Source of the DNA: Candidatus Latescibacterota bacterium | Lineage (GTDB): Bacteria > Latescibacterota > UBA2968 > UBA8231 | Direction of reading: 5' to 3' | DNA: 64,000 nucleotides | NCBI GenBank assembly: GCA_965248355.1 | Contig: OZ252098.1 | Coordinates: forward strand, 2,688,001 to 2,752,000 | In this document: piece after piece, positions 45,907 to 55,469 of the stretch | Numbering within the stretch: the stretch's first letter is position 1 | Layout of the letters: each line of letters starts with the position of its first letter | The notes under the pieces: model-generated | The model's input: the letters and a program-made list of their open reading frames with translations, nothing else | Told to the model about the DNA's origin: nothing | The model's database searches: none | Program-made: the position numbers and the translations under genes

Positions 45907-46830
45907 GTGAACCCTGCAGAACAAATCGCCGAGATCACATGGGAAAGGATCAAACAGTCGCGCGACGTGAGAGTCAGGTTGGGCGAGGAGACCCTTAGCG
46001 ACCTACTCATTCTGGATTTCGTACGTCTGATGGGGAATCGTACCAAGCTATTTCAAAGCACCAAGATTCAGGAGGCGAGGCGAGGTACGGATCTGGAGAT
46101 CCGGATTCACAAGGGTGGCAATCGTGCCATCGCGATTGTCGTGCAAGCCAAGAAACTGTATCCATCGCAGAGGTATGATGATCTCAACGCCAAGGTGAAA
46201 TCGTCCCGCTGCTTTCAGATAGATGTACTTGAACGGTATGCCCGGAGTATGTGCGCCATCCCACTATACCTTCTGTACAACTACGTGGATCTCCCCGACC
46301 TGCAATCACACTGGCATTGCTGTAAGCCCCTCGATCAAAGACAACTGGGTTGTACCCTGGTGCCGAGCTGGAACATCCGCCGGGCGATTGAAACTCACGG
46401 ATGTAGGAAGTTCGACTGGATTCATGAATCGTCGGCTGCATTGCCTTGGCGGTGCCTTTTTGACTGCCCGCAGGGCCGTGAGTACCGATTACTACCCTCG
46501 GCTGAGCGCAGCCTGTCGATATTTCTTGGCAAGTTCCTTGCACAAGCGGATGAGACGCAGGACTATGATCTGGTCCGCTCGGGCAATGAGCAAACCTATG
46601 ACTGGGTACGGTTTGAACCGGTTGATGGTGGCGGGCCGGATTGGCTGTGGTCCCGGGATGATGCAACGCTATCGGATGATGATGTTCGGAGACTACAGCA
46701 GGAGATACGACGAGGGGAGAGATCGCTCAGGCCTTGGGAGGGTTCTGACTCAAAGGTGCGGCGCGGGCGAAGTGCTTCGCCCTCGTCTGTTCCCCGTCAT
46801 TCTCTATTGGTCAAGGAGGAGGCAGAGTGA
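45907..46830 (+). CDS. Putative PD-(D/E)XK nuclease (DUF6615-like)
   Basis: GEETLSD...EARRGTDLE...VQAKKL...PLYLLYN; start inferred. Confidence 0.65.
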   Translation: MNPAEQIAEITWERIKQSRDVRVRLGEETLSDLLILDFVRLMGNRTKLFQSTKIQEARRGTDLEIRIHKGGNRAIAIVVQAKKLYPSQRYDDLNAKVKSSRCFQIDVLERYARSMCAIPLYLLYNYVDLPDLQSHWHCCKPLDQRQLGCTLVPSWNIRRAIETHGCRKFDWIHESSAALPWRCLFDCPQGREYRLLPSAERSLSIFLGKFLAQADETQDYDLVRSGNEQTYDWVRFEPVDGGGPDWLWSRDDATLSDDDVRRLQQEIRRGERSLRPWEGSDSKVRRGRSASPSSVPRHSLLVKEEAE

Positions 46831-48053
46831 CGGATACGGACCTCTCCCGCAGGCTCCGCCTCGGTGAGGACTCCGTCTTGGAGTTCAAGCGTGTCCTGCT
46901 GTCCGGCAGCCGCGTCACCAGCCCGAATCGGAACGAGTTCGCCGACGAACTTGCCGCCTTCGCCAACGGCCGTGGCGGGACCTGCGTCCTTGGGGTGGAC
47001 GACGATACCCACGAGGTTCTGGGTATCGGCTTCGAATCCCTGGATGCAGTCGAGACCTGGGTCCGCGAAATCTGCAACGACTCGGTAACGCCCGCCCTCG
47101 ACGCGGACATCCTGAAGCTTGAACTGCCCGACGCCGCGGGGGGGCTGCTCCCGGTCCTGCGCATCGATGTGCCGCGCAGCCTCTTCGTCCACCGGAGTCC
47201 GGGCGGATACTTCCGCAGGATCGGCAGTTCGAAGCGCGAGATGTCCCCCGAGGTGCTGGCGCGGCTCTTCCAGGAGCGCAGCCAGAGCCGCATGATCCGC
47301 TTCGATGAATCGCCGGTACCCCGCACCGGGCCGGGCGATCTCGACTTTGCCCTGACGCGCCGGTTCCTTCGGGAGGATTCCCCGGAGAGCCTCGATGAGG
47401 AGGCGGCGCGCAAGCTTGGTCTGGTCGCGGATGACGAGAACGGGGAGGCGCGCCTCACTCTTGCCGGCGTCCTCCTTTGTACGCGGGAGCCGCGACGGTG
47501 GCTTCCCCACGCCTGCATACAGGCCGTCAGCTACGCGGGTGAGCGCACCGACGCTGACTATCAGACCGACGCCCGCGACATCGGGGGGCCGCTGGACGAG
47601 CAGGTTGCAGACGCACTGCACTTCGTGCAGCGGAACATGCTCGTGCGGGCGACCAAGACCACGGCCCGGATCGAGCGCCCGCAGTTCAGCGAGCGGGCTG
47701 TCTTCGAGGCCTTGGTGAACGCCGTGGCTCACCGCGACTACTCGGTGGCGGAAGCGCGGATCCGCCTGCATCTGTTCGGAGACCGCCTCGAGCTCTACGT
47801 TCCCGGTGCCCTGGCGAATACGCTCGCGCCGGACAGCCTGCACCTGCGGCAGGCCAGCCGCAACGAACTCATCGTCTCCCTGTTGGCTCGCTGCCGCGCC
47901 CCGGAGGGACTCGGACGGACGCACCTGATGGACCGGCGCGGCGACGGCGTGCCGATCATCCGGGATGAGTGCCGACGGCTTTCGGGGAGCCTCCCCGAGT
48001 ACAGCCTGATCGACGACAGCGAGCTGCGGTTGGTGATCCAGGCGGCGGCCTAG
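46827..48053 (+). CDS. AlbA_2/Schlafen-domain protein with HATPase_c_4 (RecG C-terminal-like) domain
   Basis: GEDSVLEFK, AFANGRGG..LGVDD, EALVNAVAHRDYS, RNELI. Confidence 0.85.
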   Translation: MTDTDLSRRLRLGEDSVLEFKRVLLSGSRVTSPNRNEFADELAAFANGRGGTCVLGVDDDTHEVLGIGFESLDAVETWVREICNDSVTPALDADILKLELPDAAGGLLPVLRIDVPRSLFVHRSPGGYFRRIGSSKREMSPEVLARLFQERSQSRMIRFDESPVPRTGPGDLDFALTRRFLREDSPESLDEEAARKLGLVADDENGEARLTLAGVLLCTREPRRWLPHACIQAVSYAGERTDADYQTDARDIGGPLDEQVADALHFVQRNMLVRATKTTARIERPQFSERAVFEALVNAVAHRDYSVAEARIRLHLFGDRLELYVPGALANTLAPDSLHLRQASRNELIVSLLARCRAPEGLGRTHLMDRRGDGVPIIRDECRRLSGSLPEYSLIDDSELRLVIQAAA

Positions 48054-48055
48054 AC

Positions 48056-48751
48056 GTGCATGACTTGAAGCGAATCGTCTGTCTGGCCAACTCCCGGAAG
48101 CTGGCGGGGCGGTGTATCGCCGGCCGGGAGTGCATCGAGGGTCAGGGGGCCGGCCCTTGGATCCGGCCTGTGAGCGCGCGCGAGAACCAGGAAGTGTCCG
48201 AGTACGAGCGTCAGTACGAGGACGGCAGCGATCCCCGGGTCCTCGACGTCATCGACGTCCCGGTCCTGGCGCCGCAGCCGCCGCAGCCGCCGCAGGAATA
48301 TCAGACGGAGAACTGGTTGCTCGATCCCGGCTTCTACTGGGAGAAGGCCGGCGTCTTCCCGCGGCGTGAGATGCCCGAGCTGCTGGATCCCGTCGCCCCG
48401 CTATGGATTGACAGCCAGAGCACCTACCACGGTCTGAACGACAGGATCTGGCTCGAATCGGCGGACTCGGTATCCGATTCATTGAGACTGATCCATGTCG
48501 AGCGGCTGAGCCTTGAGGTATTCAAGCCCGGTGAAGCCTTCGGAAATTCCAAGCGCCGCGTACAGGGTCAATTCACCCACAGGAGTACGAAGTATGGACT
48601 CTGGGTCACCGATCCCAGATACGAACGGGAGTACCTGGCAAAGCTGGATGGCACCTATGAGATCGGTGAATGCTATCTCACGATCAGCCTGGGGGAACCA
48701 TTCGAGGGGTGGTGCTACAAGCTGATCGCTGCGATCATTCGGGCGGAATAG
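48056..48751 (+). CDS. Dual OB-fold domain protein
   Basis: IVCLANSRK..GRCIAG, WIRPVS, QTENW, VTDP, TISLGEPF..CYKLIAAII. Confidence 0.75.
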   Translation: MHDLKRIVCLANSRKLAGRCIAGRECIEGQGAGPWIRPVSARENQEVSEYERQYEDGSDPRVLDVIDVPVLAPQPPQPPQEYQTENWLLDPGFYWEKAGVFPRREMPELLDPVAPLWIDSQSTYHGLNDRIWLESADSVSDSLRLIHVERLSLEVFKPGEAFGNSKRRVQGQFTHRSTKYGLWVTDPRYEREYLAKLDGTYEIGECYLTISLGEPFEGWCYKLIAAIIRAE

Positions 48752-48761
48752 CGGGAACCTC

Positions 48762-49397
48762 ATGAGCGCCGCCCGCCATCCCGTTCTCACCATCGGCCAT
48801 TCCAACCACGCCCTGGACACCTTCATCGCGCTCCTGCAACGGCACGGCGTCACGGCCCTGGCCGATGTCCGTTCGGCGCCCTACAGCCGCTTCCATTCCC
48901 AGTTCAACCGGGAATCGTTGGCCGGAAGTCTGGAGAGAGAGGGGATCGAGTACGTCCATCTGGGTCAGGCCCTGGGTGGCCGCTCCGACGACCCTGCCTG
49001 CTACGAGGACGGGCGCGTCCGCTATGACCGTGTCGCGGGAACGGAGACGTTCCGGCAGGGCCTGGCGCGCGTGGTTCAGGGCGCCGACGATCACCGCATC
49101 GCGCTCCTGTGCGCGGAACGGGAGCCTCTCGAATGCCACCGCACCCTCCTCGTGGCCCGGGCCTTGCACGAGCGCGGCATCAAGGTCGCCCATATCCACG
49201 CCGATGGGAGGCTGGAGTCCCACGACGAGGCGATGGAGCGGTTGCTTCAACTCTTCAATCTGGATCCGGACGGGGATCTGTTCCGTTCGGCGCAACCACG
49301 GGAAGAGCTGGTCGCCGAGGCCATCGCGCTGCAGGCGAGACGCGTCGCCTTTGTGGACAGGAACCTGGCCGCCGCTTCGGGGGAATCGAACCCATGA
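48762..49397 (+). CDS. DUF488-family protein
   Basis: TIGHSNH, DVRSAPYS, LGGR, LLCAE..PLECHR. Confidence 0.88.
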   Translation: MSAARHPVLTIGHSNHALDTFIALLQRHGVTALADVRSAPYSRFHSQFNRESLAGSLEREGIEYVHLGQALGGRSDDPACYEDGRVRYDRVAGTETFRQGLARVVQGADDHRIALLCAEREPLECHRTLLVARALHERGIKVAHIHADGRLESHDEAMERLLQLFNLDPDGDLFRSAQPREELVAEAIALQARRVAFVDRNLAAASGESNP

Positions 49398-49831
49398 AGG
49401 TCTCCACCATCGGCTTCACCAGGAAGCCGGCCTCTCGGTTCTTCGACTTGCTGCGCGGGTCGGGCGCCAGGCGCGTCGTCGACGTGCGGCTCAACAATGG
49501 GTCGCAACTGGCCGGCTTCGCCAAGAAGGAGGACCTCGCCTTCTTTCTCGGGGAGTTGTGCGGGATGGAGTACGTTCACCTGCCCGCGCTGGCGCCGACG
49601 AAGGAGATGCTGGACGACTACAAGAAGCGGAAGGGAGACTGGAAGACCTATGAGGACCGCTTCCTCGCCCTCATGAGCCAGCGGCGGATCGAGGAGACGG
49701 TCCCCAGGGAGATCGTCGCCGACGGCTGCCTGTTGTGCAGCGAGGACAAGCCGCACCACTGCCACCGCCGGCTGGTTGCCGAATACCTGAAGCAGCATTG
49801 GGGCGAAGTGGAGATCGTCCATCTCGGATAG
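49394..49831 (+). CDS. DUF488-family protein (second subtype)
   Basis: TIGFTRK, DVRLNNGSQLAGFAK, LAPT, LLCSE..PHHCHRRLVAEYL. Confidence 0.88.
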   Translation: MKVSTIGFTRKPASRFFDLLRGSGARRVVDVRLNNGSQLAGFAKKEDLAFFLGELCGMEYVHLPALAPTKEMLDDYKKRKGDWKTYEDRFLALMSQRRIEETVPREIVADGCLLCSEDKPHHCHRRLVAEYLKQHWGEVEIVHLG

Positions 49832-49838
49832 GAAAGCC

Positions 49839-51017
49839 ATGCGAATTGAGCAGATCGAAATCCGGAATTACCGCGCCTTCCGCGACGTGAGGCTGACCAA
49901 CCTGCCGTCATTGACCGTAATCGTTGGAGCCAACGGCTCGGGCAAGTCGACACTCTTCGACGTGTTCTCCTTTCTGAAGGACGCGCTGGCCCAGAATGTC
50001 GCCACTGCCGTGGCGCGCCGCGGCGGCTTCCGCGAGTTGACCAGCCGCGGTGAGAAGGGGCCGGTGGGAATCACAGTCAAATTTCGGGAGAGCGGCGGGC
50101 GCCTGGCTTCGTACATACTTGAAGTGGCGTGCGACGAGAACCGGGTCGTCGTTGCCCGAGAAGTCTTGCGCTATCGCAGAGGCAAGGGGGCAGGTCGCCC
50201 CTGGCATTTCGTCGACTTCTCTCGTGGAAGGGGAACGGCGATCACGAATGAGTCTGTCTATGGTCAGGAAGGGGCAGTCGAGGAGCGGGAAGAATACGAG
50301 CTTGACGATCCAAGCATTCTGGCGATCAAGGGCTTGGGTCAGTTCCGCGAGTTTCGAGTCGTCTCGGAGTTTCGCGGGCTCATCGAGAACTGGCACGTCT
50401 CCAACTTCCACATCACCGATGCGCGGCCGATCGCCGAAGCCGGTTATGCCGAACACCTGTCCACCCGGGGAGACAACGTCGCACAGGTGGCCCAATACCT
50501 CTACGAGAACCATGCCGACCGTTTCGAGCGCGTGCTGGAGGCCATGAGGCGGCGCGTCCCCGGCGTGAGCGGCGTTGAACCCAGACCGACGGAGGACGGA
50601 CGTCTCGTCTTGCGCTTTCGGGACGGCAGCTTCAAGGACCCCTTCATCGCCCGCGATGTCTCGGACGGCACGATCAAGATGTTCGCCTACCTGGTGTTGC
50701 TGTACGATCCCAAGCCCCATCCCCTGCTGGCGGTGGAGGAGCCCGAAAATCAGCTCTATCCCGAATTGCTGGCAGAGTTGGCGGAGGAGTTTCGGGACTA
50801 TGCCCGGCGCGGGGGTCAGGTCTTCGTCTCGACGCACTCGCCCGACTTTCTGAACGGGTTGGGGCTGGAAGAGATCTACTGGCTGATCAAGAAGGATGGC
50901 TTCACCACCGTGCGGCGGGCGTCCGACAGCGAGTTGCTGGGCGGCCTCGTGGCAGAGGGAGACCTGCCGGGCGCCCTCTGGAAACAAGGGCTCTTCGAGG
51001 GCGTTGGATTCCGATGA
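49839..51017 (+). CDS. ABC/AAA_21-type ATPase
   Basis: IRNYRAF, GANGSGKST, VSDGT, VEEPENQLYP, STHSP. Confidence 0.9.
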   Translation: MRIEQIEIRNYRAFRDVRLTNLPSLTVIVGANGSGKSTLFDVFSFLKDALAQNVATAVARRGGFRELTSRGEKGPVGITVKFRESGGRLASYILEVACDENRVVVAREVLRYRRGKGAGRPWHFVDFSRGRGTAITNESVYGQEGAVEEREEYELDDPSILAIKGLGQFREFRVVSEFRGLIENWHVSNFHITDARPIAEAGYAEHLSTRGDNVAQVAQYLYENHADRFERVLEAMRRRVPGVSGVEPRPTEDGRLVLRFRDGSFKDPFIARDVSDGTIKMFAYLVLLYDPKPHPLLAVEEPENQLYPELLAELAEEFRDYARRGGQVFVSTHSPDFLNGLGLEEIYWLIKKDGFTTVRRASDSELLGGLVAEGDLPGALWKQGLFEGVGFR

Positions 51018-51587
51018 GCCGAATCGTGTTCCTGCTGGAGGAAGACTCGATGAAGGTCCTGCTGGAAGGCTTGTTGCCGAGGTTGTTTCCGGGACTGTCT
51101 TTTTCTGTGCCTGTCTCACGAGGGCAAGCAGGACTTGGAGAAGAGCATCCCGCGCAAACTGAAGGCTTGGCGCGAGCCTGGGGTGCGTTTCGTCGTGGTG
51201 CGGGATCAGGACGGCGGGGACTGCCGGCGGGTGAAGGCACGCCTTGTCCAACTGTGCCGGAGGACGAGGCGGCGGGACGTGCTTGTCCGGGTGGTCTGTC
51301 GGGAGTTGGAAGCGTGGTACGTCGGCGAGCCGGATGCCCTCGCGCGGGCTTTCCCTGAAGTACGGCAAAGCGCGCTGCGAGAGCTGGTCCGCAGCCGGTA
51401 CCTGAACCCCGATGTTGTCGTACGGCCTTCCGATGCCATTGCCAAGGTGATCCCGGGGTTCCAGAAGAGGTCCGGCGCGAGACGCATGGCTGAGGTTCTA
51501 TCGCGCAACAACCGCTCGCGCAGCTTTCAGGTGTTCGTCGAAGGAATCGAAGGTCTGTACACCTCCACGCAAACCGCGATTGGATAG
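51014..51587 (+). CDS. DUF4276-like TOPRIM-fold protein (apparent 1-nt insertion near 51102)
   Basis: IVFLLEEDSM; removing one T joins to HEGKQDLEKSI...VRDQD...ELEAWY...SRSFQVF. Confidence 0.78.
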
Positions 51588-51592
51588 CGACG

Positions 51593-54500
51593 ATGGCCAT
51601 GACCAACCACGAGCGCGTCGGCAAGGCGATGGAGTGGCTTCGCCAAGGACTGGCGCCGTTCGTCGAACGTGAGCTGAACGACAAGGTCAAGTCCAACACG
51701 ATCCACATGGATGTCCTTCGGCGCGTTGAGACCGACAAGCCGTTCCGCAAGTGGGACGCGGCGGCTCTCCTCAAGCTGATGTGGGACACGTGGAACGAGG
51801 TCTTCCGCGACACCCTCGGCCCCGCGGAGCGCAGCCTGGTGTCGGAGTTGCGGGACTGGCGTAACAAGTGGGCGCACCAGGAGCGCCTCTCCAGTGACGA
51901 CGCTGACCGCGCCCTCGACTCGGTGGAGCGGCTGCTGACCGCGGTCTCGGCGCCGCAGGCGGCCGAAGCGGCCAAGCTGAAGCTGGAGTTGCGCCGCCTG
52001 GTGATCGACGAGCAGGTGCGCGGCGAGCAGCGCCGGGTCGCCGGCGGACTGGTCGAGGCGGTGAGCGAGGGCGGGTTGAAACCGTGGCGCGAGGTGATCA
52101 CGCCCCACGCCGACGTGGCCAGCGGCCGATACCAGCAGGCGGAGTTCGCCGCGGACCTGTGGCAGGTGAAGCTGGGCGAGGGCGCGGAGGAGTACCGCGA
52201 CCCCGGGGAGTTCTTCCGGCGCACCTTCCTGACCGGGAGCCTCCGGGGGTTGCTGGCCGGGGCCGCCCGGCGCCTCGCCGGCCAGGGCGGCGATCCCGTG
52301 GTGCAGTTGCAAACCAACTTCGGCGGCGGCAAGACGCACTCCATGCTGGCCCTGTATCACCTGTTCTCCGGGATCCCGGCGCGGGAGCTGTCCGGCATGG
52401 ACGAGGTGCTGGGGGAGGCGGGTGTCGACATCCCCCAGGAGATCCGGCGCGTGGTGCTGGTTGGCAACCGCATCTCGCCGGGGAACCCGGTGACCAAGGA
52501 TGACGGGACAGAGGTGCGCACCTTGTGGGGTGAGCTGGCCTGGCAGCTCGGCGGCCGGCAGGCCTTCGAGCGGGTGCGGGCCGACGACGAGCGGGCCACC
52601 AGCCCCGGCGACGCCCTGCGGGAGCTGCTCAACGAGCACGGCCCCTGCTTGGTGCTGATCGACGAGTGGGTCTCCTACGCGCGCCAACTGCACGACGGCG
52701 CCGACCTGCCGGCGGGCAGCTTCGAGACCCAGTTCACCTTCGCCCAGGCGCTGACCGAGTCGGTGAAGGTGACGGGCAACTGTCTGCTGGTGATCTCGCT
52801 GCCGGCATCCGACACCTCCGACTCGGGGTCCCCCCACACCGAGGCGGACGATGCCGAGGTGGGGGGGCTTCGGGGGCGCGGCGCCCTGGACCGGCTGCGC
52901 AACGTGCTGGGCCGGGTCGACGCGCCGTGGAAGCCGGCCAGCGCCGAGGAGAGCTTCGAGATCGTGCGCCGGCGGCTGTTCGAGCCTCTGGCCGGGGGAG
53001 ACGCCTTCAAGCATCGCGATCTGACGGCCCGCGCCTTCGGGGAGCTGTACCGGCAACAGCGGGTGGAGTTTCCCGCCGAGTGCCGAACCGCCGATTACGA
53101 GCGCCGCCTCCAGGCCGCCTACCCCATCCATCCCGAGATCTTCGATCGCCTCTACACGGACTGGTCCTCCCTCGCCCGGTTCCAGCGCACCCGCGGCGTG
53201 CTGCGGCTCATGGCGGCGGTGATCCACAGCCTGTGGGAGCGGGGGGACCGCAATCCGCTGCTGCTGCCCTCCACCATCCCCATCGACGACGACCGCGTGC
53301 GCAACGAGTTGACCCGCTACCTGTCCGACAACTGGACGCCGGTCATCGACAAGGACGTGGACGGCCCGGGCTCCCTGCCGGTGGCCATCGACGGGAGGGC
53401 GCCCAACCTCGGCAAGCTCTCGGCCACGAGGCGGGTGGCGCGCACCGTCTACCTCGGCTCCGCCCCCATGACCGCGGCAGCCCACCGCGGGATCGACGAC
53501 GGCCGGGTCAAGCTCGGCTGCGTCATGCCGGGGGAATCCCCGGCCGTCTTCGGCGACGCCCTGCGCCGGCTGGCCGCGGAGGCCACCTACCTCTACCAGG
53601 ACGGCCCCCGGCAGTGGTACTCCACGCAGCCCACGGTGACCAAGCTGGCGGAGGACCGCGCCGAGCAGATGGCGCGCAACCCCGACGCCGTGGCCATGGA
53701 GCTGGAGGAGCGGCTGAAGAAGGACCTGCGCGCCTCCGGGGACTTCGGGCGCATCCACGCCCTTCCCAGCTCGGGCGCGGACGTGCCGGACGACCTCGAC
53801 GCCCGGTTGGTGGTGCTCTCGGCGGAGCACCCCTGTTCCCGGGAGCCTGACAATGCGGCGGAGGTCGCTGCCCGGGAGATCCTGGAGACTCGCGGCAACA
53901 CGCCCCGGCTGTTCCGCAACACGTTGATGTTCCTGGCGGTGGACCGGGTGCGCTATCAGGACCTGGACGAGGCCCTGCGCCGGTACCTGGCGTGGGATTC
54001 GATCCTGGAGGAGAAGGAGGAGCTGAACCTGGACCCGCATCAGACCCGCCAGGCCCAGACACAGTTGAAGGCGGCCGACGACGCGGTCACCGCGCGAGTG
54101 CCGGAGGCTTACCAGTGGCTGCTGGTGCCGGGGCAGGAGAAGCCCGACTCCGCCGTCGCTTGGCAGGCCATCCGTCTGTCCGGGGCGGGCCCCCTGGCGG
54201 AACGGGCGAGCCGGCGGCTGCGCAACGAGGAGTTGCTGGTCACGGGCCTCGGGCCGACGATCCTGCGCAAGCACCTCGACGACGTGCCCCTGTGGCGCGG
54301 CGAGCACGTGGAGGTGCGGCAGCTCGTGGACGACTTCGGCCGTTACCTGTACCTGCCCCGCCTCGGTGGGCCCCAGGTGCTGATGCGCGCGATCCAGGAC
54401 GGCGTGGCCCAGCTCACTTGGGCAACGGACGCCTTCGCCCTCGGCGAGAGCTATGACGAGTCGGCGGGTAGGTACCCCGGCCTGCGGGGGGGCCGTACGG

Positions 54501-54913
54501 TCGAGGTCTTACCCGAGAGCGCAGAGCTGGTCGTGAAGCCGGAGGTGGCCCGCCGGCAACTGGACGCGGAGACGAAGCCTCCGGCCCCGACATCGGAACC
54601 TGTGCCGACTCCCGGCGGTGAGGGGGACTCGCAAGCAGATGAGGATCCGACCAAGCCACCGGCTCCCCCGGAGAAGAAGGCGCGGCGCTATCACGGCACC
54701 GTGACCCTGGACACCGGGCGCGTGGGGCGCGACGCCGGCCGCATTGCCGAGGAGGTGGTGGCCCACCTCTCCGGGTTGGTGGGCGCCCAGGTGACGGTTA
54801 CCCTGGAGATCGATGCCGAGATCCCGGAAGGCGCGCCGAACCACGTGGTGCGCACGGTGACCGAGAACAGCCGCACGCTGAAGTTCGAGAACCATGAGTT
54901 CGAGGAGTCGTGA
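51593..54913 (+). CDS. DUF499-family AAA+ ATPase with N-terminal Swt1-like HEPN domain
   Basis: RNKWAH (RX4H), PWREVITPH, EFAADL, QTNFGGGKTH, LIDEW, YPIHPE, FQRTRGVLRL. Confidence 0.9.
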   Translation: MAMTNHERVGKAMEWLRQGLAPFVERELNDKVKSNTIHMDVLRRVETDKPFRKWDAAALLKLMWDTWNEVFRDTLGPAERSLVSELRDWRNKWAHQERLSSDDADRALDSVERLLTAVSAPQAAEAAKLKLELRRLVIDEQVRGEQRRVAGGLVEAVSEGGLKPWREVITPHADVASGRYQQAEFAADLWQVKLGEGAEEYRDPGEFFRRTFLTGSLRGLLAGAARRLAGQGGDPVVQLQTNFGGGKTHSMLALYHLFSGIPARELSGMDEVLGEAGVDIPQEIRRVVLVGNRISPGNPVTKDDGTEVRTLWGELAWQLGGRQAFERVRADDERATSPGDALRELLNEHGPCLVLIDEWVSYARQLHDGADLPAGSFETQFTFAQALTESVKVTGNCLLVISLPASDTSDSGSPHTEADDAEVGGLRGRGALDRLRNVLGRVDAPWKPASAEESFEIVRRRLFEPLAGGDAFKHRDLTARAFGELYRQQRVEFPAECRTADYERRLQAAYPIHPEIFDRLYTDWSSLARFQRTRGVLRLMAAVIHSLWERGDRNPLLLPSTIPIDDDRVRNELTRYLSDNWTPVIDKDVDGPGSLPVAIDGRAPNLGKLSATRRVARTVYLGSAPMTAAAHRGIDDGRVKLGCVMPGESPAVFGDALRRLAAEATYLYQDGPRQWYSTQPTVTKLAEDRAEQMARNPDAVAMELEERLKKDLRASGDFGRIHALPSSGADVPDDLDARLVVLSAEHPCSREPDNAAEVAAREILETRGNTPRLFRNTLMFLAVDRVRYQDLDEALRRYLAWDSILEEKEELNLDPHQTRQAQTQLKAADDAVTARVPEAYQWLLVPGQEKPDSAVAWQAIRLSGAGPLAERASRRLRNEELLVTGLGPTILRKHLDDVPLWRGEHVEVRQLVDDFGRYLYLPRLGGPQVLMRAIQDGVAQLTWATDAFALGESYDESAGRYPGLRGGRTVEVLPESAELVVKPEVARRQLDAETKPPAPTSEPVPTPGGEGDSQADEDPTKPPAPPEKKARRYHGTVTLDTGRVGRDAGRIAEEVVAHLSGLVGAQVTVTLEIDAEIPEGAPNHVVRTVTENSRTLKFENHEFEES

Positions 54914-55062
54914 GTACGGATACCCCAAGCTGGCGGCCCCGTCTATTGGTCTGAACACTTGGTCTCGGGGATGTTGCCTCGGTTGTCGAGGAAAAGCGCC
55001 GGAGGGGGCTGGTCGCTGTCGATGCGGGTCCCGCTCGCAGACACAGCGAGGGACCATGCAGG

Positions 55063-55171
55063 ACCCAGGAGGACTCGAACATATTCCCTAAATGATTGAT
55101 TTATTGTGATTTAGGACTCCGTTGTTGGGTCCTTACCCACGAGATTGCCCACCCTGGAGAGGGGACCCCCC
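55063..55171 (-). repeat. Left 109-bp inverted repeat (inverted copy of the attR arm plus 18 bp of att core)
   Basis: Reverse complement of 58080-58188 with 2 mismatches. Confidence 0.95.
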
Positions 55172-55330
55172 TATTTGCTCCTCGAAGGCGCCGGGGTCGC
55201 GCGGCCTCGGAGGGGAAGGGTGGATGCTCCACTCGCCGAGCCCGCGCACCCCTGCACCCCGTTGACACGGAACCCCCTTAGCGATCAAACGTCTCTATGG
55301 AGCCGGGCTCCTATTCCCTTCCGGCGTTGT

Positions 55331-55375
55331 GATCGCCCCTCCGGGTCTTCTCCTCCCGGGGGGGGCGGTCTTTTT
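55331..55375 (+). terminator. Terminator-like hairpin inside a structured leader
   Basis: GATCGCCCCTCCGGG pairing with CCC-G8-CGGTC, followed by TTTTT. Confidence 0.6.
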
Positions 55376-55469
55376 GGGAAGGTGCCGGGTTTCGCGGTGG
55401 TTGTGTGCGGCAAGGGCCCGGCTCCAGCGAGGAGCCGGGGAACCCCGGAGAGGGGAAAAGCGCGATCCG

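Noticed and set aside
48269..48296. 9-bp tandem repeat (PQPPQPPQ)
   Set aside because: Short in-frame linker expansion with no further significance.
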